Below, piece after piece: positions 19,604 through 28,162 of a stretch of DNA of 64,000 nucleotides. The first letter of the stretch is position 1. Every line of letters starts with the position of its first letter. The translations under genes were made by a program, and so were the position numbers. The stretch is from Mycobacteriales bacterium (GTDB lineage Bacteria; Actinomycetota; Actinomycetes; Mycobacteriales; SCTD01), in assembly GCA_030697205.1 (NCBI GenBank), contig JAUYQP010000049.1:69623-133622 (forward strand). The letters are read 5' to 3'. Below the pieces are notes generated by a model. That model was not told the origin of the DNA. It made no database searches and saw nothing but the letters and a program-made list of their open reading frames with translations.

Positions 19604-20884
19604 ATGACCACCGTCGACCATCCGCGCACGAGCCGTCCGTACGACGCCCGGGACATTTCCTCCAAGGCGTTCTGGACCCAGACCGCGACCGAGCGGGAGC
19701 AGACCTACGCCGTGCTGCGGGCCGAGGCCCCGGTCAGCTGGCACCCGCCGGTCGAGGACATGCTGATGGAGGACCCGGAGGACCGGGGCTTCTGGGCGGT
19801 CACCCGGCATGCCGATCTGGTGGAGGTCACCAAGCGGCATGACGACTTCCTGTCCGGCGAGGGCATCGTGATGGAGTCGATGCCGCAGGAGCTGCTGGAC
19901 GCCGGCCAGGGGTTCATCGCGATGGACCCGCCGCGGCACACCAAGATCCGTCGGCTGCTCAGCTCGGCGTTCACGCCCAAGCAGGTCGCCCGCATCAACG
20001 ACCAGATCGCCGCGAACGCCCGCCGCATCGTGGACGACCTGTCCTCCAAGGGCGAGGCCGACTTCGTGACCGACTGCGCCGCGCTGGTCCCGCTGCACAA
20101 CATCTGCGACATGCTGGGCATCGACGACGAGGCCGACCGCGCCAAGATGTCGCACGAGTCGCAGTACGCCGGTGGCTGGAACGACCCAGAGCTCATGGGG
20201 GACCTGGACCCGCTCACCCGGTTGTTCGAGGCGACGCTCTACCTGCGCGAGCTGGCCGGCAAGCACATCGAGCACCGACGCGCCCACCCGGGCAACGACC
20301 TGCTGACCAGCCTGGTGCAGGCAGAGGTGGACGGCGAGCGGCTCACCGACGACGAGATCGTCTCGTTCTTCGGGCTGCTGACGATCGCCGGCAACGACAC
20401 CACCCGGCAGAGCACCAGTCACGCGATGAAGGCCCTGACCGACTTCCCGGACCAGCGGGCGTGGTTGATGGAGGATCTCGACGGGCGACTGCCCGGAGCG
20501 GTCGAGGAGATGGTCCGCTGGGCCACGCCGATCATGACGTTCCGGCGCACCGCGGCGCGGGACTGCGAGCTGAACGGCCAGCAGATCAGTCAGGGCGACA
20601 AGGTCGTGATGTTCTACGCCTCCGCCAACTGGGACACCGAGGTCTTCGACTCCCCCGACCGCTTCGACCTCTCGCGCAGCCCCAACCCGCACGTCTCCTT
20701 CGGCGGCGGCGGCATCCACCACTGCCTGGGCAACCAGCTCGCCCGCACCCAGCTCCGCGCCATCTGGCGCGAGCTGCTCACCCGGCTGCCCGACATCGAG
20801 GTGTCCGGCGAGCCGTCCTATACCTACAGCACCTTCTTCCACGGCGTGAACCACCTGCCGGTGCGCTTCACCCCGGCCCGCTGA
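19604..20884 (+). CDS. Cytochrome P450
   Basis: 426 aa from ATG 19604 (GGAG RBS). I-helix AGNDTT and heme loop FGGGGIHHCLGNQLA. The 15 codons after the track start 19559 have low GC3. Confidence 0.9.
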   Translation: MTTVDHPRTSRPYDARDISSKAFWTQTATEREQTYAVLRAEAPVSWHPPVEDMLMEDPEDRGFWAVTRHADLVEVTKRHDDFLSGEGIVMESMPQELLDAGQGFIAMDPPRHTKIRRLLSSAFTPKQVARINDQIAANARRIVDDLSSKGEADFVTDCAALVPLHNICDMLGIDDEADRAKMSHESQYAGGWNDPELMGDLDPLTRLFEATLYLRELAGKHIEHRRAHPGNDLLTSLVQAEVDGERLTDDEIVSFFGLLTIAGNDTTRQSTSHAMKALTDFPDQRAWLMEDLDGRLPGAVEEMVRWATPIMTFRRTAARDCELNGQQISQGDKVVMFYASANWDTEVFDSPDRFDLSRSPNPHVSFGGGGIHHCLGNQLARTQLRAIWRELLTRLPDIEVSGEPSYTYSTFFHGVNHLPVRFTPAR

Positions 20885-20920
20885 CCCGCCCGCTGAACCC
20901 GGACTGCGAGAGGACCCGTC

Positions 20921-21112
20921 ATGAAGATCGTGCTGGACGAGAGCAAGTGCTCCTCTCTGGGGATGTGCGAGTCCGTCGCCCCGGAGGTCTTCGAGGTCGG
21001 CGACGACGGCGCGCTCAACGTGCTGAACGCGACCCCGTCCGAGGACCAGCGGGCGCTGATGGAGGAGGCCGTTGCGGCCTGCCCGACCAGCGCCCTGAGC
21101 ATCGAGGACTGA
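20921..21112 (+). CDS. Ferredoxin (3Fe-4S/4Fe-4S type), P450 redox partner
   Basis: 63 aa. Cys pattern CSSLGMC...ACP. Confidence 0.85.
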   Translation: MKIVLDESKCSSLGMCESVAPEVFEVGDDGALNVLNATPSEDQRALMEEAVAACPTSALSIED

Positions 21113-21119
21113 CCGCCCG

Positions 21120-22313
21120 GTGACCGAGCAGCCTGCGTTCGTCGTTGTCGGTGCGTCGCTGGCCGGGCTGCGTGCCGTCGAGGCGGCGCGCAAGTCTGGC
21201 TACACCGGACCTCTGGTGCTGGTCGGAGCCGAGGAGCACCTGCCCTACGACCGGCCGCCGCTGTCCAAGGCCTTCCTGGACCCCGGCGACCCGCCACCCG
21301 TCCCGCAACACCGGACAGACGAGCAACTGCGCGAGCTCGACGTCGAGCTGCGCCTCGGTAGCGCCGCGACCGGGCTCGACACTTCGGCGCGCGAGGTCGT
21401 CCTCGCCGACGGGAAGCGGCTGCGCTACGCCCAGCTCGTGATCGCGACCGGGGCGCAGGCGCGGCAGCTGCCGGGCGAGCAGCTTCCGGGCGTGCACACG
21501 CTGCGCACCGTCGACGACGCCCGGGCCATCCGGTCCGCGATGGACTCCGGCTGCCGCACCGTCGTGGTCGGCGGCGGGTTCATCGGCTCCGAGGTCGCCT
21601 CGGCCGCCCGCAAGCGCGACCTGCCCGTCACCGTCCTGGAAGCCGCCCCGATGCCGCTGGTCCGCGCCGTCGGCGAGCACATGGCACCGGCCTGCGCGGC
21701 CCTGCACGCCCGGCACGGCACCGAGCTGCGCTGCGGGGTCGCTGTCGCCACGTTGGAGGGCGACGGCCACGTCGAGCGGGTGGTGCTGACCGACGGGCAG
21801 GTGCTGGCGGCGGACCTCGTCGTCGTGGGCATCGGCGCGGACCCGACGACCGGGTGGCTGCAGGACTCCGGGCTCGAGCTCGATGACGGGATCGTGTGCG
21901 ACGCGACGCTGCGCGCGGCCGAAGGTGTCTACGCGGCGGGCGACGTCGCGCGATGGACCAACCCGCAGTTCGACCGGGTCATGCGGCTGGAGCACTGGAC
22001 CTCGGCCGCCGAGCAGGGCGCCGCCGCCGCCCGCAACGCGCTCGATCCGGGCAACGCCACCCCGTACAGCACGGTGCCGTACTTCTGGTCCGACTGGTAC
22101 ACCGACAAGCTCCAGATGGTCGGCATCACCGCCGCGGACGAGGTGCACGTGGTCGGCGACCTTGACGACGAGCGGTGGGTCGCGCTGTACCGACGCGGCG
22201 ACGCCCTCGTCGGCGCGCTGGCCCTCAACCTCCCCGGCAAGATCATGAAGTACCGGGCGATGATCGGCCGCCGGTCCGCCTGGAGCGACGCGATGTCCTT
22301 CACCGCCGCATGA
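21120..22313 (+). CDS. FAD-dependent ferredoxin reductase
   Basis: 397 aa. Two dinucleotide-binding motifs, VVVGASLAG and VVVGGGFIGSE. Immediately follows the ferredoxin. Confidence 0.9.
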   Translation: MTEQPAFVVVGASLAGLRAVEAARKSGYTGPLVLVGAEEHLPYDRPPLSKAFLDPGDPPPVPQHRTDEQLRELDVELRLGSAATGLDTSAREVVLADGKRLRYAQLVIATGAQARQLPGEQLPGVHTLRTVDDARAIRSAMDSGCRTVVVGGGFIGSEVASAARKRDLPVTVLEAAPMPLVRAVGEHMAPACAALHARHGTELRCGVAVATLEGDGHVERVVLTDGQVLAADLVVVGIGADPTTGWLQDSGLELDDGIVCDATLRAAEGVYAAGDVARWTNPQFDRVMRLEHWTSAAEQGAAAARNALDPGNATPYSTVPYFWSDWYTDKLQMVGITAADEVHVVGDLDDERWVALYRRGDALVGALALNLPGKIMKYRAMIGRRSAWSDAMSFTAA

Positions 22314-22999
22314 ACGAGGACAGGGAAGCGAACATTGCTAGCTCGCCCGTATCGGTGCCGGCCTGGGCCCCGCGCGCGCTGCTCGGCCTGGTCGCGGCGG
22401 TCCTGCTGCTCGTGCTCGTCGGGCTGGCCCTCCTGCTGCCCTACGTCCCGCAGCTGGCCCGCGCCGGCGCAGCCCTGCCCGACGCCGTGCGACTGGTCGA
22501 ACGGGCTCCACAGACGTTGGAGCAGGTGGAGCGCATCGACGGCAACGTGCAGCGTGTCGTCCCGCCCGTGGTCGCCGTGACCGAGGACCTCACAGCTCTG
22601 TCCCCGCAGCTCGCCGAGCTCAACCAGCTCGCCGAGCGGCTGCGCGGCGACGTCGAACGGCTGCGCACCGGTGTCGCCCCGCTGACCGACAGTGCTGCCC
22701 AGCTCGCCGCCTTGGGCGACGACCTCGCTGGCCTGCAGGCGCGGCTGGACAGTCTTGGCGCGGATCTCGCGGCGCTGCAGGAGCTCCAGCAGCCGGTGCA
22801 GCAGCTGGCCGACACCGCCGGACCGCTTCCGGGCGCGTTGGAGCGGCTGAACGACTCGACCGCTGTCCTGCAGGACCTGCCCGCCTTCTTCGCTGCGCTG
22901 TCGGCCACGATGGCCCGGGTCGAGCAGCACGTCGCGAACCTCGACCGCAAGACCGGCCCGCCACCACCGACAAGCCCCCGCATCCCTCCGCAGGACTGA
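22310..22999 (+). CDS. Hypothetical membrane-anchored coiled-coil protein
   Basis: 229 aa from ATG 22310, with ATGA overlap on the reductase stop. One TM helix (LLGLVAAVLLLVLVGLALLL) and then ~170 aa of Leu/Ala/Gln-rich helical repeats. No family recognised. Confidence 0.6.
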   Translation: MNEDREANIASSPVSVPAWAPRALLGLVAAVLLLVLVGLALLLPYVPQLARAGAALPDAVRLVERAPQTLEQVERIDGNVQRVVPPVVAVTEDLTALSPQLAELNQLAERLRGDVERLRTGVAPLTDSAAQLAALGDDLAGLQARLDSLGADLAALQELQQPVQQLADTAGPLPGALERLNDSTAVLQDLPAFFAALSATMARVEQHVANLDRKTGPPPPTSPRIPPQD

Positions 23000-23154
23000 C
23001 GGCCGGCGCGGCGATCGCCCCGGCCGGCACGCTCGGCCCGGCGCAGCTGCCGTTCGTGGAGATCAACGCGCTGTACCACCAGAACCCCCGGTGCGCCCCG
23101 CCCAAGCGCCTGTCCCGCCTATCGTCAGGATGCTCACTCGGCCGGGGGACCACG

Positions 23155-23314
23155 GTCGTTGCGCATCCGGACGGCGTGCTCGCTGATTACCTGATGTCGC
23201 TTCGTCGGCTGGAGGAGCTCGGCGAGCTCGCCGTGCTACCGGGCCATGGCCCTGAGTTGCCTTCCGCCGCTGCGGCGCACTACCTGGCGCACCGGGAGCA
23301 GCGGCTGTTGGCGA
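23155..23314 (+). pseudogene. C-terminal fragment of an MBL-fold hydrolase
   Basis: VVAHPDGVLADYLMSLRRLEELGELAVLPGHGPELPSAAAAHYLAHREQRL resembles the tail region of the intact MBL gene at 17372-18448. No catalytic half is present. Confidence 0.5.
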
Positions 23315-24149
23315 CCAGCCGCGTCACGCCGGAGGCGGTGAGGACGTCGCCGTCCGGCAGCGTCGTCAGCGTCGGGTACCAGCGTCCGTACTTCATCGGG
23401 TCGACGGTGTGGAAGGCGCTGGTCTCAGGGTCGAAGATGCGGGTGGTGCGGAGCCCCTCGAGCTCGCCGACACCGAGGCCACCCACGCCGGCCACGTCCT
23501 CCGGCACGATCGCCCCAGTGCCGTAGAAGTCGGTCCCGCCAGCGATGAGGATGGTGCCGTCCGGCAGCTGCGACAGGTCCGAGCAGAACATGTCGTCGTC
23601 GTTCGCGGCGCTGTCGGCGGTCGGCGCGGTCGGGTCGGTCGGCAGGACCTGACCGACGATCGAGCCGACGAGGCCGTCGCCCGGCCGACCGGTGCCGATC
23701 GTGCCGCCCGGGTTCTCGAGCAGGGGGACCTCGTACTCCCCCGCCGGGTTGGCCCCGTTGGTGCCGGGCGCCAGCACGGTGAACTCGGGCGCCTTGCCGG
23801 ACAGGTCCAGCAAGCGGGCCTGCGAGTCCCGCAGCACGCGCCCGGCCTCGAGCAGCACGGCGGTGTCGACGTTGCCCTCGGTGTTGTCGATCCCGTTCCA
23901 GTACAGGACCCGGCCGTCCGGAAGAACGGCGGTGCTGACGGCGGTCGGTCGACAGCTCACGTTGCCGTCGGCCTCCAGCTCGCAGCGCGGGCTCTTGCCG
24001 AACCCCTCGTCGAACAGCGTCGACAGGCGGCCGATCAGGCGGGGATCGTTCGGGTCGGCGGCAGAGGCGTTGACGTAGCCGACGCCGGGAACGGCGACGA
24101 CTACGGCTGCCGCCAGGACGAGGGGAGAGCGATAGCGGCGAGGGGGCAC
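23280..24149 (-). pseudogene. Galactose/glyoxal oxidase-like (kelch) protein, 3'-truncated
   Basis: GTG 24149 with a GGAGGA RBS and a signal peptide. Contains MFCSDLSQLPDGTILIAGG and YGRWYPTLTTLPDGDVL blocks. The reading frame then runs into antisense of the MBL fragment and stops at ~290 aa. Confidence 0.6.
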
Positions 24150-24190
24150 AGGGTCCTCCGGGATCAGGGAAGAGTGAATATCCAGATTTC

Positions 24191-25651
24191 GGCTCCCCTG
24201 ACGCTTCCGTGGGTCGCGATCTGAGCCGGAGACGCTGACACGCCGTTCCCCGCCTACGGTTCTTGCTGTCGAAGGCCAGAACCACAGTGCGGGAGAACGG
24301 CGTGCGTTCAGCAACGGTATGGGCTCGGCCGCTCGGGGTCGAGAAGACCACGGTCGAGCGGGTCGAGTACGACGAACAAGCCGGTGTGATCACGGCGCAC
24401 GTGAAGCCGCATGAGCGGGAACGGCGACGCTGTCCGCAGTGCCGTCGTCGCTGCCCGGCCTATGACCGAGGCGAGGGCCGTCGCCGGTGGCGGGCGCTGG
24501 ACCTCGGGACGGTCGTGGCGGAACTGGAGGCCGATGCGCCCCGGATCTCGGGCTGCGACCATGGCGGGCTGGTCGCGGCGGTGCCGTGGGCGCGGCATCA
24601 CGCCGGTCATACTCGCTTCTTCGACGATCAGGTCGCGTGGTTGGCGGTGCAGACCTCCAAGACGGCCGTGACGCGGTTGATGCGGATCGCGTGGCGCACC
24701 GTCGGGGCGATCATCACCCGCGTTGTCGCGGACATCGACGCGAGCGTGGACCGGCTCGAGGGGTTGCGCCGGATCGGGATCGATGAGATCAGCTACAAGA
24801 AGGGCCACCGCTACATCACCGTCGTGATTGATCATGACAGCAAGCGGCTGGTCTGGGCCGCAGCCGGCCGCGACAAGGCCACGGTCAGGAAGTTCTTCGA
24901 CGACCTCGGACAGGAGCGCAGCAAGCTCCTCACGCACGTCTCCGCCGACGGAGCGGAGTGGATCGCTGACGTAGTCAAAGTCCGTGCACCGCAGGCGATC
25001 CGCTGCGCTGATCCCTTCCATGTCGTGGCGTGGGCGACCGAGGCTCTGGACGTGCTGCGCCGGCAGGCCTGGAACGAGGCCCGGGCGATCGCCAGAACCG
25101 AACCGAAGGGACGCGCCGGCCGGCCTCGCAAGGACGGCACCCAAGCGTCCGGACCCCGTCCCGGACACGACCTCGCGAAGGCGCTCAAGGGTGCCCGCTA
25201 CGCGCTGTGGAAGAACCCGGAGAACCTCACCGAGACGCAGCAGACCAAGCTCGACTGGATCGCCACCACCGACCCCCGGCTGCACCGCGGCTACCTGCTC
25301 AAGGAAGGCCTGCGGACCGTGTTCGTCCTGGGCCACAGCGACGGGCCCGACGCCGGGATCGAAGCCCTCGACACGTGGCTGAGTTGGGCGGCCCGCTGCC
25401 GCATCCCGACCTTCGTCGAGCTCGGCCGCAAGATCCGCAGACACCGACCCCAGATCGAAGCATCGATCCGCGAGGACCTGTCCAACGCCCTCGTCGAATC
25501 GACCAACACCAAGATCCGGGTCCTGACCCGCGTCGCGTTCGGCTTCCACTCCGCCGACGCCCTCATCGCCCTCGCCATGCTCAGCCTCGGCGGCCACCGC
25601 CCCGACCTCCCCGGCCGGACATAGAGACCCACGGTTCCGTCAGGAGAGTCC
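24191..25651 (+). mobile_element. ISL3-family insertion sequence (~1.46 kb)
   Basis: Imperfect terminal inverted repeats GGCTCCCCTGACGCTTCCGTGGGTC (24191-24215) and GACCCACGGTTCCGTCAGGAGAGTCC (25626-25651), about 20/25 matching. A single transposase ORF lies between them. Confidence 0.8.
24263..25624 (+). CDS. ISL3 family transposase
   Basis: Zinc-ribbon CPQCRRRCPAYD, then LDLG, IDEISYKKGHRYITVV and ADPFHVV blocks. The likely start is GTG 24287 or 24302. Confidence 0.9.
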   Translation: MLSKARTTVRENGVRSATVWARPLGVEKTTVERVEYDEQAGVITAHVKPHERERRRCPQCRRRCPAYDRGEGRRRWRALDLGTVVAELEADAPRISGCDHGGLVAAVPWARHHAGHTRFFDDQVAWLAVQTSKTAVTRLMRIAWRTVGAIITRVVADIDASVDRLEGLRRIGIDEISYKKGHRYITVVIDHDSKRLVWAAAGRDKATVRKFFDDLGQERSKLLTHVSADGAEWIADVVKVRAPQAIRCADPFHVVAWATEALDVLRRQAWNEARAIARTEPKGRAGRPRKDGTQASGPRPGHDLAKALKGARYALWKNPENLTETQQTKLDWIATTDPRLHRGYLLKEGLRTVFVLGHSDGPDAGIEALDTWLSWAARCRIPTFVELGRKIRRHRPQIEASIREDLSNALVESTNTKIRVLTRVAFGFHSADALIALAMLSLGGHRPDLPGRT

Positions 25652-27240
25652 TATTTCGCGACCGCCCGGCCGGGGGTGACGGTCGGGACCCGCAGGCTCA
25701 CGGCCACGTCCGCAGTGCCCGGGAGCCGCTGGGTGAGGTGCGCCGTGCTGTCGGTGGTGACCTGCAGCTCCAACGTGTGGCCGGCCGGCAGGGTGTAGGC
25801 CACCGCGGGCAGGTCGACGGTCAGCTCCTGCGGGTCGGCCGACAGGCCCGTTAGCCGCACCCCGACGTCCTGCAGGTTGAGCACCGCGCCGGACTCCTTG
25901 TCCACCAGCGACAGGAACAGGTCGGCGCCGCCCATACCGGTGACCGAGAGAGAGGCCGACGGGGTGCCCACGACCTCCAGCGGCTGCTTGCCCGCCTTCG
26001 TGATCGGGATGCTGAAGGTCGTCGGCCCGGCCGGGACGACCCGCGCGGTGGTCAGGGCGCCCAGGCCCCGGCCGGGGGAGGCCAGCAGGCCGGCCGGGTC
26101 GGTGACCGCGCCGGGCACGACGCCGAGCGCGGTGACGGCGCCACGGCCGGTCGCGGTGAGGCCACCGCTCGTCGGCCACTGCTTCAGGGAACGGAAGACG
26201 CCCTGGTTCGTGCGGTACTCGACGGCCGCTCCGGTGCGGGCCTTGCTGTTGCCGCGCAGGTAGCGGTCGAACCAGGTCAGGATGGCCCGGTCCAGGTGGG
26301 CGCGGTCGTCGGCCTTGGCGTAGCTGGCCGGGCAGCTCACGTGCCCACCGCAGAAGGCGATGAACTTCGCCGGGGCGCCGGTCGCCGCGACCTGGCGGTA
26401 GTTGGCCAGGCCCTCGTTGAGGTTGAACAGGGTGTCGACGCTGCCCTGCATGACCAGCGTCGGCACGGCCACCGGGTTGTCCTTGCCGTAGACCCCGAAG
26501 CTGGAGCCGCCGAAGAACTCGTCCGCCTGCGGGGTCAACCCGTTCTGCAGCAGCCCGGTGACCTCCGAGGTGACCAGGCCGCTGGAGTAGCCGCCGGTCT
26601 GGACCCCTGCGGCGCCGCCAGGGACACCGCCGGTCACCGAGGTGACTCCGGCGACGAACAGCAGCTGCGACCACAGCTTCGTGGGACCGTGACTGAACAG
26701 CGAGTAGCGCAGGTCGTTCCAGGCGATCTCCGGAGCCAGCGCGTCCAACCTGTCGTCGAACGCGGCGGTGGAGAACTGGATGCCGCCGGCGTAGGAGATG
26801 CCCGAGAAGCCGGCGAGCGGGTCACCGGGGCCGTTCTTCTTGATCTCCGGACGCCGCGCCAGCCAGTCCAGCAGGGCGGTCACGTCGCGGCCCTCGTACT
26901 CTGGCTTGTCGACGTGCACCTCGCCACCGGACTCGCCGAACCCGCGAGCGTCCCAGGTGAGCACCGCGTAGCCAGCGGCGACGAGCTTGGACAGCGTGCC
27001 GGTGCCCACGGCGGTCTCGCCGGCACCTCCCCAGCCGTGCGTGCGCAGCACCACCGGGACCGGCGACGTCCGGGACGCCCCCGGCGGCAGGAAGAGCGTG
27101 CTCTTGATCGGCGTGCCGTCGAAGGAGCGCACGACCTGGGTGCGGATCGTGGGTTCCGGAGCGGCGAGAGCGGGCGCGGCGGCCGCGCCGGCCACGAGCG
27201 CCGTGACCAGACCGAGGATGGTGCGGCGGCTGGCGCGCAT
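25651..27240 (-). CDS. Secreted CocE/NonD (X-Pro dipeptidyl-peptidase S15) family hydrolase
   Basis: 530 aa from ATG 27240. Signal peptide MRASRRTILGLV...ALA and nucleophile motif GISYAGG. The stop codon abuts or overlaps the right end of the IS. Confidence 0.85.
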   Translation of the reverse strand: MRASRRTILGLVTALVAGAAAAPALAAPEPTIRTQVVRSFDGTPIKSTLFLPPGASRTSPVPVVLRTHGWGGAGETAVGTGTLSKLVAAGYAVLTWDARGFGESGGEVHVDKPEYEGRDVTALLDWLARRPEIKKNGPGDPLAGFSGISYAGGIQFSTAAFDDRLDALAPEIAWNDLRYSLFSHGPTKLWSQLLFVAGVTSVTGGVPGGAAGVQTGGYSSGLVTSEVTGLLQNGLTPQADEFFGGSSFGVYGKDNPVAVPTLVMQGSVDTLFNLNEGLANYRQVAATGAPAKFIAFCGGHVSCPASYAKADDRAHLDRAILTWFDRYLRGNSKARTGAAVEYRTNQGVFRSLKQWPTSGGLTATGRGAVTALGVVPGAVTDPAGLLASPGRGLGALTTARVVPAGPTTFSIPITKAGKQPLEVVGTPSASLSVTGMGGADLFLSLVDKESGAVLNLQDVGVRLTGLSADPQELTVDLPAVAYTLPAGHTLELQVTTDSTAHLTQRLPGTADVAVSLRVPTVTPGRAVAK

Positions 27241-27433
27241 GTGGGGGCTCCTGCGGAAGTCGGGGACTGTTGCCGGGACGTTCACCTGTTGTTTCCACGT
27301 GAGAGAGCGTTCTCCTGCCGGCCACGTGGCCCGACGAGGGTGATGCAGGTCACGGAACATCCCCTGACGACAGCAGCTTGTGTGCAGCATGCAACGACCT
27401 GACGCCGCGACGGCCGACGAGCGCACGTCGTAG

Positions 27434-27655
27434 GCGCTGCTCTCCAGCCTGCGCGCGGACGGCCCGTAACGACTGTCCACGCTGGCCGAGGTGGTGCGAC
27501 TGGAACGCAGCACCGTCTCCCGTCAGCTGGCCGCACTGGAGCAGCGCGGGCTGGTGGAGCGCCGGCCGGACCACTCCGACCGCCGCGCGCACCTGCTGGC
27601 GTTGACCGACGACGGACAGCGCGTCGTCCAGACGACGCGCGCCCGCAGGCAGCAG
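27434..27655 (+). pseudogene. MarR family regulator remnant
   Basis: LSTLAEVVRLERSTVSRQLAALEQRGLVERRPDHSDRRAHLLALTDDG with an in-frame TAA at 27467. The N-terminus is missing, and the sequence ends abruptly at the junction with the MFS fragment. Confidence 0.6.
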
Positions 27656-27656
27656 T

Positions 27657-28030
27657 GTGTGTGTCGTTGGTTCTGCTCTGGCGGGCCTCAGTCAGAACAT
27701 GACCGAGCTGGTCGCCTTCCGGGCCCTGCAGGGCCTTGGCGTCGGCGGGTTGATGGCGCTGTCGCAGGCGATCATCGGCGATGTCGTCCCGCCGCGCGAG
27801 CGCGGCCGCTACCAGGGCCTGATCGGATCGGCTTTCGGCGTCGCCACGATCGGCGGGCCGCTGCTCGGCGGCTGCCTGGTCGACAACGCCTCCTGGCGCT
27901 GGTGCTCGTCATCAGCGTGCCGATCGGCCTGCTGGCGATGGTGGTCGTGCAGCCGGCCCTGCACCTGCGCCTGGAGCGGCAGAACCACGCGATCGACTGG
28001 ACCGGCGCCTCGCTGCTGGTGGCCGGCACG
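27657..28030 (+). pseudogene. DHA2 MFS transporter fragment (about TM4-TM7 only)
   Basis: ELVAFRALQGLGVGGLMALSQAIIGDVVPPRERGRYQG, then after a frameshift ISVPIGLLAMVVV...HAIDWTGASLLVAG. Paralogous to the intact gene at 3182-4795. Confidence 0.65.
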
Positions 28031-28039
28031 TCCGCGCTG

Positions 28040-28162
28040 CGTCGGCGTCGACCAGACAGCCTCGTCGAGTCCCGCGACACGCTCGTCGAGGTCGGCGGAC
28101 TCCGCCGCCAGGTCATCCAGCAGCGCGTGCAACAGCGCGCGCTTCTCGGCGGGCGCCGTCAC
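28040..28162 (-). pseudogene. N-terminal stub of a DinB/mycothiol-dependent maleylpyruvate-isomerase-like (TIGR03084-type) protein
   Basis: MTAPAEKRALLHALLDDLAAESADLDERVAGLDEAVWSTPT, after which homology is lost. GTGA overlap with the acyl-CoA dehydrogenase stop. Confidence 0.45.

Noticed and set aside
19562-21193. 543-aa minus-strand ORF, and similar long ORFs at 21015-22148, 40016-41440, 41128-43056, 54675-56927 (upper part) and 57237-59330 (upper part)
   Set aside because: All are antisense or out-of-frame shadows of well-supported genes (P450, reductase, phoH2, fumC, ispH, ychF). They show no recognisable motifs and have Arg/Gly/Pro-dominated composition.
24183-25659. Target-site duplication for the ISL3 element
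   Set aside because: The flanks CAGATTTC and TATTTCGC share only ATTTC. I cannot place a clean 8-bp direct repeat, so no TSD is claimed.
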